From: Candidatus Nitrosopumilus koreensis AR1
Lineage (GTDB): Archaea; Thermoproteota; Nitrososphaeria; Nitrososphaerales; Nitrosopumilaceae
Length of the DNA: 32,000 bases
Assembly (NCBI RefSeq): GCF_000299365.1
Contig: NC_018655.1
Span: 360,001 to 392,000, forward strand
Direction of reading: 5' to 3'
The notes beneath the pieces were generated by a model. The model saw only the letters and a list, made by a program, of their open reading frames with translations. It did no database searches and was not told the origin of the DNA. Shown here in pieces: positions 1-9,850 of this stretch. The translations under genes and the position numbers were made by a program. Numbering within the stretch: position 1 is the first letter of the stretch; the number at the start of each line of letters is the position of its first letter.

Positions 1-446
1 ATGATGTGCGACACCTCAAAGATCTAATTATTCAGGCAGTAAAACATAATGGCCTTTCATTCTTAGATGTACTGCAACCATGTCCAACTTACAATGATCT
101 TAATACCAGAGATTGGTATGCTGGAACTGATTTAGTAGATGAAGCACAAAAAAGACATTCAAGAATTTACAAACTAGAAGAGCATGGATATGATCCTGCA
201 GTTCATTTTAATGAAGAGGCAGAAGTAAATGAAAAACTTTCGCAGTCTCTGATTAAATCACTTGAATGGGGAAACAAGATTCCAATTGGTGTATTTTACA
301 AAAATGAAATCATCACTCCTTATACTGTTAGATTAAGAGATAAAATTCCAAATTATTTGGAAAATCCTCCTGCAAAACAAAACATTGCTAAAAATGGATT
401 CTCTAATGCTGATATCTCTCAAATTCTAGATTCACTTGAAGTATAA
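1..446 (+). CDS. 2-oxoacid:ferredoxin oxidoreductase, beta subunit, C-terminal fragment (5' truncated by window edge)
   Basis: Frame is open upstream of the GTG at 6. Protein HLKDLIIQAVKHNGLSFLDVLQPCPTYNDLNT...IPIGVFY is typical of the beta subunit C-terminal half. Confidence 0.85.
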   Translation, partial: DVRHLKDLIIQAVKHNGLSFLDVLQPCPTYNDLNTRDWYAGTDLVDEAQKRHSRIYKLEEHGYDPAVHFNEEAEVNEKLSQSLIKSLEWGNKIPIGVFYKNEIITPYTVRLRDKIPNYLENPPAKQNIAKNGFSNADISQILDSLEV

Positions 447-497
447 TTTGTTATCCCAAACCAAACAGGTTATAGGCAAGTTTTGTAGAAGTGTATT

Positions 498-938
498 TTG
501 CATTTGAATATCAACGAGGCAAATACAATCTTCCGAAAATCTATAATCAAGGGTTTTTTTGAACCCCAACTGGTTAACCTAGATTTTAAAAAATCATCTG
601 TAAAACACCCGGTCATAAATGATGATGGTCTTATGCAATCTGATTTGCTTCACATATTTTTTGATGTAGATACCGGTTCTGATTATCCTGATGGTGATGA
701 ATGGTTTATTGTAGATATGTTGTTTCCGCATGACGTAAAATTGCCTGATAACCTCAAAGGAACTGATTACTTTACAACCCTTTCAGTAGATGATGGAAAA
801 ACATACTGGCACCATCGTGAATTAATTCGCTACAAATATGGGAAATCAAAAAAACTCGATCATGCCTTGGAATTTTTAGAATCAAAATACAAGGAACTTC
901 ATGAATTACTGGAACCACTGCAAAAAGATCTTACTTGA
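498..938 (+). CDS. Hypothetical protein (146 aa)
   Basis: Intact ORF in a coherent gene context; no family recognised. TTG start is uncertain. Confidence 0.6.
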   Translation: MHLNINEANTIFRKSIIKGFFEPQLVNLDFKKSSVKHPVINDDGLMQSDLLHIFFDVDTGSDYPDGDEWFIVDMLFPHDVKLPDNLKGTDYFTTLSVDDGKTYWHHRELIRYKYGKSKKLDHALEFLESKYKELHELLEPLQKDLT

Positions 939-1464
939 TTTCTTTCCAAGAATCGCCTTTAAACATAAATTGTTTTTCTGCAGAGGACGCTGTGTTTAAT
1001 CTCCATCTAATTGATTTTGAATCAAACTTGTAACTTACTTCTGTAACATCTGATGGAATTTTTTGAGGATCAAGGTGATAAGGTAATAATTCTAAAACAG
1101 AATCAATTTTCTCTATTGCATTGTCAAACCACTGTTTGTCTTCTGTGTCAATTGTAAAGCCTATTTTTGGATTGCCAGAAAAATTAATGACAATTTTTAA
1201 TGCATTTCCGCTACCTCTTCTCCTCTTCATCTCTTTGAATACCGCCTTTACTTTTTCCCAGCGCTTAAAATCAAACCATTGAAAAAATGCATCATTAAAT
1301 GTAAGTGGTATATCTACATCTAAGAAACTTACAAAATCATCATCATTTGCTTCTATTTCATCTTGAATTATAGTGAAATGAGAATTTAGAAATCCATACA
1401 ACACTTCAATTTCCCATGGTGAAATGCCATAGTAACACAATGTTACATTTAGATTTTCAGACAA
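931..1464 (-). CDS. Hypothetical protein (177 aa)
   Basis: Long ORF with natural protein composition, convergent with an 8-bp 3' overlap with the previous gene. Confidence 0.65.
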   Translation of the reverse strand: MSENLNVTLCYYGISPWEIEVLYGFLNSHFTIIQDEIEANDDDFVSFLDVDIPLTFNDAFFQWFDFKRWEKVKAVFKEMKRRRGSGNALKIVINFSGNPKIGFTIDTEDKQWFDNAIEKIDSVLELLPYHLDPQKIPSDVTEVSYKFDSKSIRWRLNTASSAEKQFMFKGDSWKEIK

Positions 1465-1562
1465 TGATCTCTAGTCTTAAAAATTGTAATTAAAGCTTCA
1501 ATATGCTAAAATTCGAATAAATTGACCTTAAAATTAAAATTAGATGGAAAGACAGCCTCTTT

Positions 1563-1889
1563 ATGAAAAAAGAGTATGTAGTAAGAAGTATTGATGCTGC
1601 CCCTGATGGCGCACCATATGTGATTGTATCGTTATCTTCTGTAAAAGATCTAAAAGAAGGAACTCAGAACCCTCAAAACCCTTTTGGCAGTCCTAAAGTC
1701 ATGGGATTTTCAAACATGAATGATATGATGAAGGATCTTAACAAAATGTTGTCAGGAATGGGTGGTATGGGAATGCAAAGTGGAGTTACTCAATTAAAAC
1801 TAGAAATGCATGAATACAAAGAGATGGGTCTTTCAGTTGGAGACAAAGTCTTTCTAGAATTAAGTAAAGCAGAATCTCTTGGTGTATGA
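1563..1889 (+). CDS. Small hypothetical protein with a Met/Gly-rich central segment (108 aa)
   Basis: ORF MKKEYVVRSIDAAPDGAPYVIVSL...NMNDMMKDLNKMLSGMGGMGMQSG...; ATG start. Confidence 0.7.
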   Translation: MKKEYVVRSIDAAPDGAPYVIVSLSSVKDLKEGTQNPQNPFGSPKVMGFSNMNDMMKDLNKMLSGMGGMGMQSGVTQLKLEMHEYKEMGLSVGDKVFLELSKAESLGV

Positions 1890-1890
1890 C

Positions 1891-2445
1891 CTAGAGTATA
1901 GTGTTGAAATATTTCCAAGCATAAAATGCAGCTACAGTTCCAATAACAAAGAGCATTGGTTTCCATGCAAATACTGGAAGGCTAGGCGTTGAAAGTTTTA
2001 CTTTGTAGTTATCCACAATCGCATGAACATTTTTCTTAATCTTATCATGCCATATGCTATACTCTACTTGGTATTTTTTTAAAATCTCTTCTACTTCGTA
2101 AACAACTGGAGTTCTTTGTGAGAATAAATGCTGAAGATAATCTCTTGAGACCTCAACTTCTGCATGAATCCCGATCAGCCCTTTTTTGAGGTCTACCATT
2201 CTTACATGCATCTCCCATGGTTTTTTTAGTTTCAGATTCAAACCACTTCCTATTTGATCAGGTTGTTTGTGTTCAAATTTTACCTTGGTGAATCCCTCAT
2301 CAGTAAAAATCTTCATCAATTCATCAAAACTCTTCTTTACAACAACATGCAGTTGTTCTACTCCTTCTGTACTGTCAACTCCAATCTTGTGTTTTAATCC
2401 ATCTAGAAATGATACTGTCTTTGGATATGTTGTAAGATATTCCAA
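1891..2445 (-). CDS. Hypothetical protein with a C-terminal transmembrane anchor (184 aa)
   Basis: ORF with C-terminal hydrophobic stretch PMLFVIGTVAAFYAWKYF. Confidence 0.65.
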   Translation of the reverse strand: MEYLTTYPKTVSFLDGLKHKIGVDSTEGVEQLHVVVKKSFDELMKIFTDEGFTKVKFEHKQPDQIGSGLNLKLKKPWEMHVRMVDLKKGLIGIHAEVEVSRDYLQHLFSQRTPVVYEVEEILKKYQVEYSIWHDKIKKNVHAIVDNYKVKLSTPSLPVFAWKPMLFVIGTVAAFYAWKYFNTIL

Positions 2446-2490
2446 TATTTTGGTGGATGAAATACCTATATTTAAAGCAGAACAACAAAA

Positions 2491-3270
2491 TTACTGGCTT
2501 TTTGGAGGATTTGAAAGACCTCTGACATACACGCATTGTTCAGGATCTATTGCCATTTCTGACGAATCTATTTTTCTATCTGTTAGGGTTGCACCGGAGT
2601 TTCTAACTATTGCAAACGGCTTTGATTCTGCACCTTCTCCCATCTTGTGGTTTGCAATTGTTGCCAAGTTATCTACAACTGCCTGAAATGTTACTTTTAG
2701 TGGATTGCCATCAAGATCTTTTTTGGATCTCATATCTAGTACTGGCTCGATACCTGCACATGCAATTGCAACACCGGATGTTCCAATTCTTGCAGGCATC
2801 AATCTACTGTCAACTAGAATAACTCCTACGTGAATTGAATTCTTTAGAAAAATCTTTCTTCTAAGTTGTTCTGCTACCAAGTATGGGTTTTCTGGATAAA
2901 GAATCACTTTACCTTTTTTTGCATTAGACTTGTCTATTCCTGCATTTGGTGCCATTATGTTATCTGATGATGTAATGACAAATCCTCCTATCCCTCCAAA
3001 AATTTTATCTGATTCTCTAATTACCACTTCTGCAATCTCTGGTCTTAGTTGGTATTTTTTTGAAATATCTAATCCTTTATCTGAAATTGAAATTTTATCA
3101 AGATCTATGATTCTTCCTTGTGAATTTGAGATATATTTCGTTGAAATTACTATGACATCTCCATCTTGTAGTTCAACATTGTTTTTTTCTAGTGTTTTTA
3201 GAAATACCTCAAAAACGTCAAATTTCTCACTCATTCTATCTGCTAATAGAGGTAAAACAGTTAATTGCAC
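2491..3270 (-). CDS. cofE: Coenzyme F420-0:L-glutamate ligase
   Basis: Protein features typical of CofE: LQDGDVIVISTKYISNSQGRIIDL, GAESKPFAIVRNSG, HVGVILVDSRLMPARIGTSGVAIACAG. Confidence 0.88.
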   Translation of the reverse strand: MQLTVLPLLADRMSEKFDVFEVFLKTLEKNNVELQDGDVIVISTKYISNSQGRIIDLDKISISDKGLDISKKYQLRPEIAEVVIRESDKIFGGIGGFVITSSDNIMAPNAGIDKSNAKKGKVILYPENPYLVAEQLRRKIFLKNSIHVGVILVDSRLMPARIGTSGVAIACAGIEPVLDMRSKKDLDGNPLKVTFQAVVDNLATIANHKMGEGAESKPFAIVRNSGATLTDRKIDSSEMAIDPEQCVYVRGLSNPPKSQ

Positions 3271-3337
3271 AACAATATTAGGACCTTTTTCTTTTTTATT
3301 GTTCTGAAAAGCTTTTAATCTCTAAAAGAGGGGTTTT

Positions 3338-4615
3338 TTGATTATGAACATTGTTGAAAAGATTCTTGCACGTGCATCAGGAAAATCGCAAGTCACACCT
3401 GATGATGTAGTGTTTGCAAATGTCGATAAAGTTATGGTTCACGATGTTTCAGGTCCTGGTGTTATCAAAGTATTTGACAAATTAAAAAACAAGGGTGTTG
3501 ATGTCAGTAAATTATGGGATCCATCAAAGGTTTGGGTTGCAGAAGATCACTTTGTCCCATCTGCTGAAAAAGTATCTGCTGAAAATATTGTAAAATTATC
3601 AAATTTTACAAAAAGTTATGGAATTGAAAAACATTTCAAATATGGAATGGGACAATATGGAATTTGTCATACGTTATCTCATGAAGAGGCATTGGTTATG
3701 CCTGGTGATGTCTATGTTGGCGGTGATTCTCATACTAACACAACGGGTGCACTAGGTGCATTTGCATGTGGATTGGGCCATACTGATGTTGCATATGTTT
3801 TACTTAATGGAAAAATTTGGTTTAAGGTTCCAGAAACAGACTATTTTAAACTAAACGGAAAACTCCCCGATCATGTTATGGCCAAAGATTTGATCTTGAA
3901 AATTATTGGTGATATTGGCACTGATGGTGGAAACTATAGAACAATGCAGTTTGGAGGTTCTGGAATTGATGAGATGTCTGTTGAAAGTAGATTGACTTTA
4001 TGTAACATGACTACTGAAGCTGGTGCAAAAAATGGAATTGTAGAGGCTGATCAAAAAGTTGTGGATTATCTTGCAAGTAGAGGTGCAACAAATGCTCATG
4101 TGTTTAGAGGGGATGATGATGCTCAATATGCAAATGTGTATGAATATGAGGCATCTAAACTAGAACCTCTTGTTGCAAAACCATTTTCTCCTGAAAATAT
4201 TGCAGTTGTTAGAGAAGCTCCCTCTGTAGAACTAGACAAGTCATACATTGGTTCTTGTACTGGTGCAAAATATGAGGACTTGGAAGCTGCAGCAAAAATT
4301 CTCAAAGGAAGAACTGTGAAGATTAGAACAGAAATCCTTCCTGCATCTATCTCTATTTACAAACGTGCAATGGAAAACGGATTACTTTCAATTTTCTTAG
4401 ATGCTGGAGTGACAGTTGGTCCCCCAACATGTGGGGCATGCTGTGGTGCACACATGGGAGTGTTGGCCAAAAATGAAATTTGTATAAGCACTACAAACAG
4501 AAACTTCCCTGGAAGAATGGGTCATGTTGAATCAGAGACATACCTATCATCTCCAATGGTAGCAGCTGCTTCTGCAGTAACTGGAAAAATTACTGATCCG
4601 AGGGATTTACAATGA
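3338..4615 (+). CDS. leuC: 3-isopropylmalate dehydratase/homoaconitase-family large subunit, archaeal (HACN/LeuC) type (likely start ATG 3344)
   Basis: GDSHTNTTGALGAFACG, SCTGAKYEDL and GPPTCGACCGAHMGVL; 425 aa, followed by a matching small subunit with a 4-bp overlap. Confidence 0.88.
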   Translation: MIMNIVEKILARASGKSQVTPDDVVFANVDKVMVHDVSGPGVIKVFDKLKNKGVDVSKLWDPSKVWVAEDHFVPSAEKVSAENIVKLSNFTKSYGIEKHFKYGMGQYGICHTLSHEEALVMPGDVYVGGDSHTNTTGALGAFACGLGHTDVAYVLLNGKIWFKVPETDYFKLNGKLPDHVMAKDLILKIIGDIGTDGGNYRTMQFGGSGIDEMSVESRLTLCNMTTEAGAKNGIVEADQKVVDYLASRGATNAHVFRGDDDAQYANVYEYEASKLEPLVAKPFSPENIAVVREAPSVELDKSYIGSCTGAKYEDLEAAAKILKGRTVKIRTEILPASISIYKRAMENGLLSIFLDAGVTVGPPTCGACCGAHMGVLAKNEICISTTNRNFPGRMGHVESETYLSSPMVAAASAVTGKITDPRDLQ

Positions 4616-5094
4616 AAGGAAATGTCATAAAATACGAACGGGATAATATCGATACTGATGTGATTATCCCTGGACAATACCTAAAAGTTCATGATTATGC
4701 AGAACTTGCAACTCATGCAATGGAAGGATTGGATCCTGACTTTCACTCTAAAGTCAAAGAAGGTGATTTTATTTTATCTGGAAAAAATTTTGGATGTGGA
4801 TCGTCACGTGAACATGCTCCAATTGCATTATCTCATTCCGGAGTAAAGGCTGTGTTGGCATTGTCTTTTGCTAGAATTTTTTATAGAAATTCTGTAGATG
4901 GTGCATTTTTGTTACCTATTGAAATTGAAGAAGATGCTTACAAGGGAATCTCCGAAGGTGATGAAATTGATATTGACATCAACAAAAATGAAATCAATAA
5001 TCTAACAAAAAATCAAACATACAAGATGAAGCCTTTCTCTGAAATTATTGGAAAAATAATTGAAGCAGGTGGTCTCTTTAACTACAAACCATAG
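4612..5094 (+). CDS. leuD: 3-isopropylmalate dehydratase/homoaconitase-family small subunit, archaeal type (160 aa)
   Basis: [14 protein letters not shown] and [17 protein letters not shown] signatures. Confidence 0.88.
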   Translation: MKGNVIKYERDNIDTDVIIPGQYLKVHDYAELATHAMEGLDPDFHSKVKEGDFILSGKNFGCGSSREHAPIALSHSGVKAVLALSFARIFYRNSVDGAFLLPIEIEEDAYKGISEGDEIDIDINKNEINNLTKNQTYKMKPFSEIIGKIIEAGGLFNYKP

Positions 5095-5102
5095 GGTCTA
5101 AA

Positions 5103-6518
5103 ATGGGAAAAACACTTTTTGAAAAAATTTGGGATGCTCATGTTGTTGTTGAAAAACAGTCTGGACCTTCTTTAATTTACATTGACAGACATTTAGTTCA
5201 TGAAGTAACATCTCCTCAGGCCTTTGATGGGCTTAGGATGAACAACAGGAAGGTTAGAAGACCTGATCTTACCATTGCCACAATGGATCACAATGTTCCA
5301 ACAACTGACAGAGGACTTCCAATTTTAGATCAGACATCATCCGTTCAGATTCAAACCCTAGAAAAAAACTGCCACGATTTTGGAATTAAATTATTTGATA
5401 TCAACAGTCCAAACCAAGGAATAGTACATGTTATTGGTCCTCAGCTAGGAATCACTTTACCTGGTTCTACAATTGTCTGTGGTGATAGTCATACATCAAC
5501 TCATGGGGCATTTGGTGCACTAGCATTTGGAATTGGAACAAGTGATGTAGAACATGTTTTAGCATCTCAAACTTTGTGGTTAGAAAAACCAAAACCATTT
5601 GAAATTAGAGTGGAGGGAAAACGAAAGAATTCTCATGCAGTTACTGCTAAAGATGTTGTATTGTCTATTATCAAAAACATTGGCACTGGAGGAGGCACTG
5701 GAACAGTAATTGAATATCGTGGTGAAGGAATTGAAGATCTTTCCATGGAACAAAGAATGACTGTATGCAATATGTCTATTGAAGCAGGAGCCCGTGCGGG
5801 GTTGATTGCTCCTGATGAGAAGACATATGACTATTTGAGAGGTAGGCAATACACCCCAAAAAATTTTGAGTCTCTTGTAGATTATTGGAAAGAAAATCTG
5901 AAGACTGATGATGATGCAAAATTTGAAAAACAATTCACATTACACATTGATGATATTGCACCTCAAGTAAGCTGGGGAACAAATCCTGGAATGACATGTG
6001 ATGTAACAGAATCTGTTCCAACACCTGATGAATTCTCTAAAGGTGATTCTAATCAAAAGAAGGGTGCAGAAAAAGCACTTGATTATATGGACCTAAAACC
6101 TGGAACTCCAATAGAAGAAATAAAAATTGATAGGGTGTTTATTGGTTCTTGCACTAATGCAAGAATAGAAGATCTGGTTGAAGCGTCAAAAATAATCAAA
6201 GGACAAAAAGTTTCTCCTAATGTTCGAGCTATGGTTGTACCTGGTTCTCAAATGGTGAAAAAACAAGCAGAAGAAATGGGTCTTGATAAAATTTTCATTG
6301 ATGCTAATTTTGAATGGAGAGAATCTGGATGTAGTATGTGTCTTGGAATGAATCCTGATATCTTGTCTCCTGGTGAAAGATGTGCTAGCACATCTAACCG
6401 AAATTTTGAAGGAAGACAAGGTACAGGTGGACGAACTCATTTGGTTAGTCCCGTTATGGCAGCAGCAGCTGCAATTCATGGGCATTTTGTTGATGTAAGG
6501 AAGATGGATTTGAGCTAA
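5103..6518 (+). CDS. leuC: 3-isopropylmalate dehydratase large subunit, bacterial-type (471 aa)
   Basis: [81 protein letters not shown]. Confidence 0.95.
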   Translation: MGKTLFEKIWDAHVVVEKQSGPSLIYIDRHLVHEVTSPQAFDGLRMNNRKVRRPDLTIATMDHNVPTTDRGLPILDQTSSVQIQTLEKNCHDFGIKLFDINSPNQGIVHVIGPQLGITLPGSTIVCGDSHTSTHGAFGALAFGIGTSDVEHVLASQTLWLEKPKPFEIRVEGKRKNSHAVTAKDVVLSIIKNIGTGGGTGTVIEYRGEGIEDLSMEQRMTVCNMSIEAGARAGLIAPDEKTYDYLRGRQYTPKNFESLVDYWKENLKTDDDAKFEKQFTLHIDDIAPQVSWGTNPGMTCDVTESVPTPDEFSKGDSNQKKGAEKALDYMDLKPGTPIEEIKIDRVFIGSCTNARIEDLVEASKIIKGQKVSPNVRAMVVPGSQMVKKQAEEMGLDKIFIDANFEWRESGCSMCLGMNPDILSPGERCASTSNRNFEGRQGTGGRTHLVSPVMAAAAAIHGHFVDVRKMDLS

Positions 6519-6519
6519 A

Positions 6520-7104
6520 ATGGAACCTTTTAAGAAAACAAAAAGTATTGTGACTCCACTTGACAAGGTAAATGTTGACACTGATCAAATTGTGCCAAAA
6601 CAATTTCTAAAATTAGTGCAAAAGTCTGGATTTGGAAAATTTTTGTTCTTTAATTGGCGATATGATGAAAATGAGAAACCAAAATCAGATTTTGTATTAA
6701 ATGATTCAAAATATGATGGCTCTAAAATCTTAGTTGCAGGTGATAATTTTGGATGTGGTTCTAGCCGTGAACACGCAGTATGGGCCCTGCAAGATTATGG
6801 GTTTGCAGTGATTATTGCTCCCTCTTTTGCTGATATCTTCTTTAGCAACTGTTTTAAAAATGGAATCTTGCCTATTTCACTGGATCAAAAAATTGTAGAA
6901 AAACTACAGCATGAAACACAACCAATTGAAGTTGACTTGGAACACCAAACAATCAAAACTTCTTCTGAAACCATATCTTTTGAAATTGATTCTCACAAAA
7001 AGAAAATTCTCTTAGAGGGGCTAGATGACATTGCACAGACATATCAATATGAAAATGAAATTTCTGAATTTGAAAAACAGTCTATAATCCCATCTGTTTT
7101 ATGA
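6520..7104 (+). CDS. leuD: 3-isopropylmalate dehydratase small subunit, bacterial-type (194 aa)
   Basis: VNVDTDQIVPKQFLK and [17 protein letters not shown]; follows leuC immediately. Confidence 0.94.
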   Translation: MEPFKKTKSIVTPLDKVNVDTDQIVPKQFLKLVQKSGFGKFLFFNWRYDENEKPKSDFVLNDSKYDGSKILVAGDNFGCGSSREHAVWALQDYGFAVIIAPSFADIFFSNCFKNGILPISLDQKIVEKLQHETQPIEVDLEHQTIKTSSETISFEIDSHKKKILLEGLDDIAQTYQYENEISEFEKQSIIPSVL

Positions 7105-7801
7105 TTTTTCTTACCGTCTTTTGGTTTCTTTCCAAGTAAGAAGGAGACTCTGCATCAATCCATTCATTGTCTCCAATATCAAAAGCACTAACTTTTCCCT
7201 CTTTTGATAGTTGTTGTAATATATCGTATGAGAGATTGATCTCTTTCTGTTTTTTCTTTGACTTTATTTTTTTGATAATGTCTTCTCCAAGCATGTATAC
7301 CCCTAAACATTCAGATAACTGCAATTTCATTACTGGCTTTTCTTTGAACTCTTTGATAATTCCATCTTCTACTGATGCAAATCCTGTTTCTTCTTTTCTT
7401 TTTGTTCTAGTTGCAATACATGCAGAACTCTTTTTTTTGCTAAATACCTCTTTCATTTTTTTAAGATCTATTGCACACAAATTATCTACAAACCATAACA
7501 CAAATTCAGATTCTCCTTTGAGTTTTTCTTCAACATGTAACAGATCCCCCCCGGTACCACTCTGTGAATCCTGAACAAAAGAAATGTTTTTTTGATTTCC
7601 GTAATAGTTTTTGATTTGACCTCCCAACCCTTCAAAATCAGAGATTATGATGATCTCTTTTATGAAACTAAATTTTTGCAGATATCTTATCACGTAATCT
7701 ATGACTGGTTTTCCATTAATTGGTGTCATTGCCTTTGGAAAGAATTCTGTATATGGCTTGCCTCGTGTACCTTTGCCCCCGGCTAAAATTATTGCCTTCA
7801 C
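7082..7801 (-). CDS. NDP-sugar nucleotidyltransferase (glucose-1-phosphate nucleotidyltransferase family)
   Basis: N-terminal MKAIILAGGKGTRGKPYTEFFPKAMTPINGKPVIDYVI is a characteristic nucleotidyltransferase signature. Confidence 0.85.
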   Translation of the reverse strand: MKAIILAGGKGTRGKPYTEFFPKAMTPINGKPVIDYVIRYLQKFSFIKEIIIISDFEGLGGQIKNYYGNQKNISFVQDSQSGTGGDLLHVEEKLKGESEFVLWFVDNLCAIDLKKMKEVFSKKKSSACIATRTKRKEETGFASVEDGIIKEFKEKPVMKLQLSECLGVYMLGEDIIKKIKSKKKQKEINLSYDILQQLSKEGKVSAFDIGDNEWIDAESPSYLERNQKTVRKIIKQMGL

Positions 7802-7804
7802 AGT

Positions 7805-8254
7805 CTAACGATATGATTTTTGTTTTCTTCTTCTTGCACCAGGTCCGCCAAACTTCTTTGGCTCTTTTCTTCTGGCATCACCGCTGATTAGATATTTGTC
7901 ATAATCTGTGATTCTCTTTCTAAGGTCTTCTCTAGTTGATTTTGGGAATGGATGATCTTTTGGATCTTTCTTTGATTTTGTCCATCCTGTTAGGGCTCTA
8001 GAGATTGCAGTTGCAACAGCGCTTGCTTGTCCCATGAAACCTCCTCCTCTTACTCTAACAGAGATGTCGATTTTGTCTCTTAAGTCACCTGTGATTTCAA
8101 GTGGTGCTAAAATTACCTCACGAGCAGTTTCTTGTGGAATCATTTCAACTGGTACATTGTTAATTCTAATCTTACCCTGTCCTTTAGTAATGTAAACATG
8201 TGCACTAGATGTTTTTCTAGTTGCAAAATAAATTTCAGTTTTTGGTGTTGTCAT
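7805..8254 (-). CDS. rps9: Small ribosomal subunit protein uS9
   Basis: GKGKIRINNVPVE, VRGGGFMGQASAVATAISRAL, C-terminal RRKQKSYR. Confidence 0.96.
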   Translation of the reverse strand: MTTPKTEIYFATRKTSSAHVYITKGQGKIRINNVPVEMIPQETAREVILAPLEITGDLRDKIDISVRVRGGGFMGQASAVATAISRALTGWTKSKKDPKDHPFPKSTREDLRKRITDYDKYLISGDARRKEPKKFGGPGARRRKQKSYR

Positions 8255-8715
8255 TCAGTCCACCCTATCACTCTGCACAATTCTCCCATTGTGGTGTAGT
8301 TTGATGCAGATTTTTTAATTTTTGCTTTTTCAAATTGAATCTTTTCAAATGATTTTAATTCTTTTGGAGAGCCAATGTATGTTCTTAGTCTTTTATGTGC
8401 TGAAATTCCTGATGGTTTTTTTTCATATGGTAACATTCCTCTAATCATTTTTGTGATTATTGTGTCTGGTCTTCTGTAGTGTACAGGACCATGTTTTGGA
8501 TTAATAATGCTGTTGATTTCTAAAAATTCTCTATATTCTTTAATCAAATTTGATCTAGTTCCACTGTACATGATCTTCTCACAATTTACCAGTGAAACTC
8601 TATGTCCTTGTTTTAGTAATTTTGCAACATTTGATGACAGTCTACCTGCAATATGATTAGTTGCATCTACAACAATTGGTCTGTCTGTTCTGACAACCGT
8701 TTCTTGACTAGCCAA
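8251..8715 (-). CDS. rpl13: Large ribosomal subunit protein uL13 (ORF track gives 8751; TTG at 8715 gives a smaller overlap with rpl18e)
   Basis: PIVVDATNHIAGRLSSNVAKLLKQGHRVSLVNCEKIMYSG; 4-bp overlap with rps9. Start chosen by overlap logic, uncertain. Confidence 0.93.
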   Translation of the reverse strand: MASQETVVRTDRPIVVDATNHIAGRLSSNVAKLLKQGHRVSLVNCEKIMYSGTRSNLIKEYREFLEINSIINPKHGPVHYRRPDTIITKMIRGMLPYEKKPSGISAHKRLRTYIGSPKELKSFEKIQFEKAKIKKSASNYTTMGELCRVIGWTE

Positions 8716-9055
8716 GTAATACGACTCCTTTACCTGTTGGGTTCTGTTCAATGAGTTCAGAATAACTGATTAGTTTTCCACCATTCTCGATAATTTTGTT
8801 AGCTGCAGAATTTGAAATTGAAAATGAACATAATGTGATTTTATGAGGCACATTGCCTGTTCCAAGAACCTTTCCTGGAAATACTACAGTGTCATTTTCT
8901 TTGGTTAGTTTGCCTATCTTATTCAAATTGATGTCTCTTCTGGCAATAGATGGTTTTAGCGCATATTCGGCTAATTTTGCCCAAATTGGAGCCTCGTTTT
9001 TAGCTGATGCTGATTTTAAATCCTTTGCCATACGTATAACTACTTGATTAGTCAT
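8708..9055 (-). CDS. rpl18e: Large ribosomal subunit protein eL18 (L18e)
   Basis: Conserved position upstream of rpl13; DTVVFPGKVLGTGNVPHKITLCSFSISNSA. Start may be ATG downstream (MAKDLKS...). Confidence 0.92.
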   Translation of the reverse strand: MTNQVVIRMAKDLKSASAKNEAPIWAKLAEYALKPSIARRDINLNKIGKLTKENDTVVFPGKVLGTGNVPHKITLCSFSISNSAANKIIENGGKLISYSELIEQNPTGKGVVLLG

Positions 9056-9098
9056 GTGAATAATGCGGTTTAAAACCCAAATATAACGTATATGCTTT

Positions 9099-9764
9099 TT
9101 ATTCGCTAATTTGACCGATTGTATCTTTGAATTCTGACAATCTGTTACTTACTTCTTCTACCCCTGATAAGATGATCTGTTCTGGATTGAGAGCTCCTGT
9201 TGATTCAACAGTGAGGATTCTTTCATCTTCTTTGTCAGTCTCTGTCAGCATTGAAATGTTTGCAGAGTTCCATTTTGCATGCTCTGTGCCGCGTCCGAGT
9301 CTTGCATAGCATTCAATTTTGATTTTCTGACCTGGTGCAAGTTCTACTATTGGAATTTTGTCTGATATTGGAGTAATTGAATCGTCTTCAGATGATATTT
9401 CATTAGATAGAACTGTTCTTGTAACGTCAGAGTCGCCTGAATCTAAAACTAACATTACCTTGCAATTTGAACATCCTGCTTCACTCTGACATTCACATTT
9501 TGATGGTTCGTTGAATCTACTCAAATCTGTTTTGAGTGGTATGAGACCTAATCTATGTGCCAAACCCTCATCTGGTAAAACAGATGTATTTTCAATAATA
9601 TCTACTGTGTCAATTGCAAATACTGGCACTCCATTAAGACAAACCCGTCTGAGGGCATTTGCATACTGCAATGGAACACCTTTGAGCTTCAAAGCTATTT
9701 TTTGATTATCTTTGCTAATTACCTCTAAGGATGACAAATCTTGATGAAAATCTTCAAAGTCCAC
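9099..9764 (-). CDS. rpoD: DNA-directed RNA polymerase subunit D (Rpo3)
   Basis: YANALRRVCLNGVPVFAIDTVDIIENTSVLPDEGLAHRLGLIPL; conserved rpoD-rpl18e-rpl13-rps9 order. Confidence 0.95.
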   Translation of the reverse strand: MDFEDFHQDLSSLEVISKDNQKIALKLKGVPLQYANALRRVCLNGVPVFAIDTVDIIENTSVLPDEGLAHRLGLIPLKTDLSRFNEPSKCECQSEAGCSNCKVMLVLDSGDSDVTRTVLSNEISSEDDSITPISDKIPIVELAPGQKIKIECYARLGRGTEHAKWNSANISMLTETDKEDERILTVESTGALNPEQIILSGVEEVSNRLSEFKDTIGQISE

Positions 9765-9850
9765 ATAAAAATCTAGCTAGTCTTGAGTGTGGACTGCCTT
9801 TATCCGTACTCTGGAAAAATGCTTAAGTCAGTATTTTTTCTAAAAAACTT

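Noticed and set aside
2267-3307. Plus-strand ORFs 2267-2686, 2610-2822 and 2930-3307
   Set aside because: Antisense shadows of cofE and the upstream TM protein; the opposite strand carries recognisable motifs.
5580-5933. Reverse-strand 117-aa ORF inside leuC
   Set aside because: Fully antisense to strongly conserved coding sequence; low-complexity Phe/Ser composition.
6186-6581. Reverse-strand 131-aa ORF over the leuC/leuD junction
   Set aside because: Antisense to conserved dehydratase genes.
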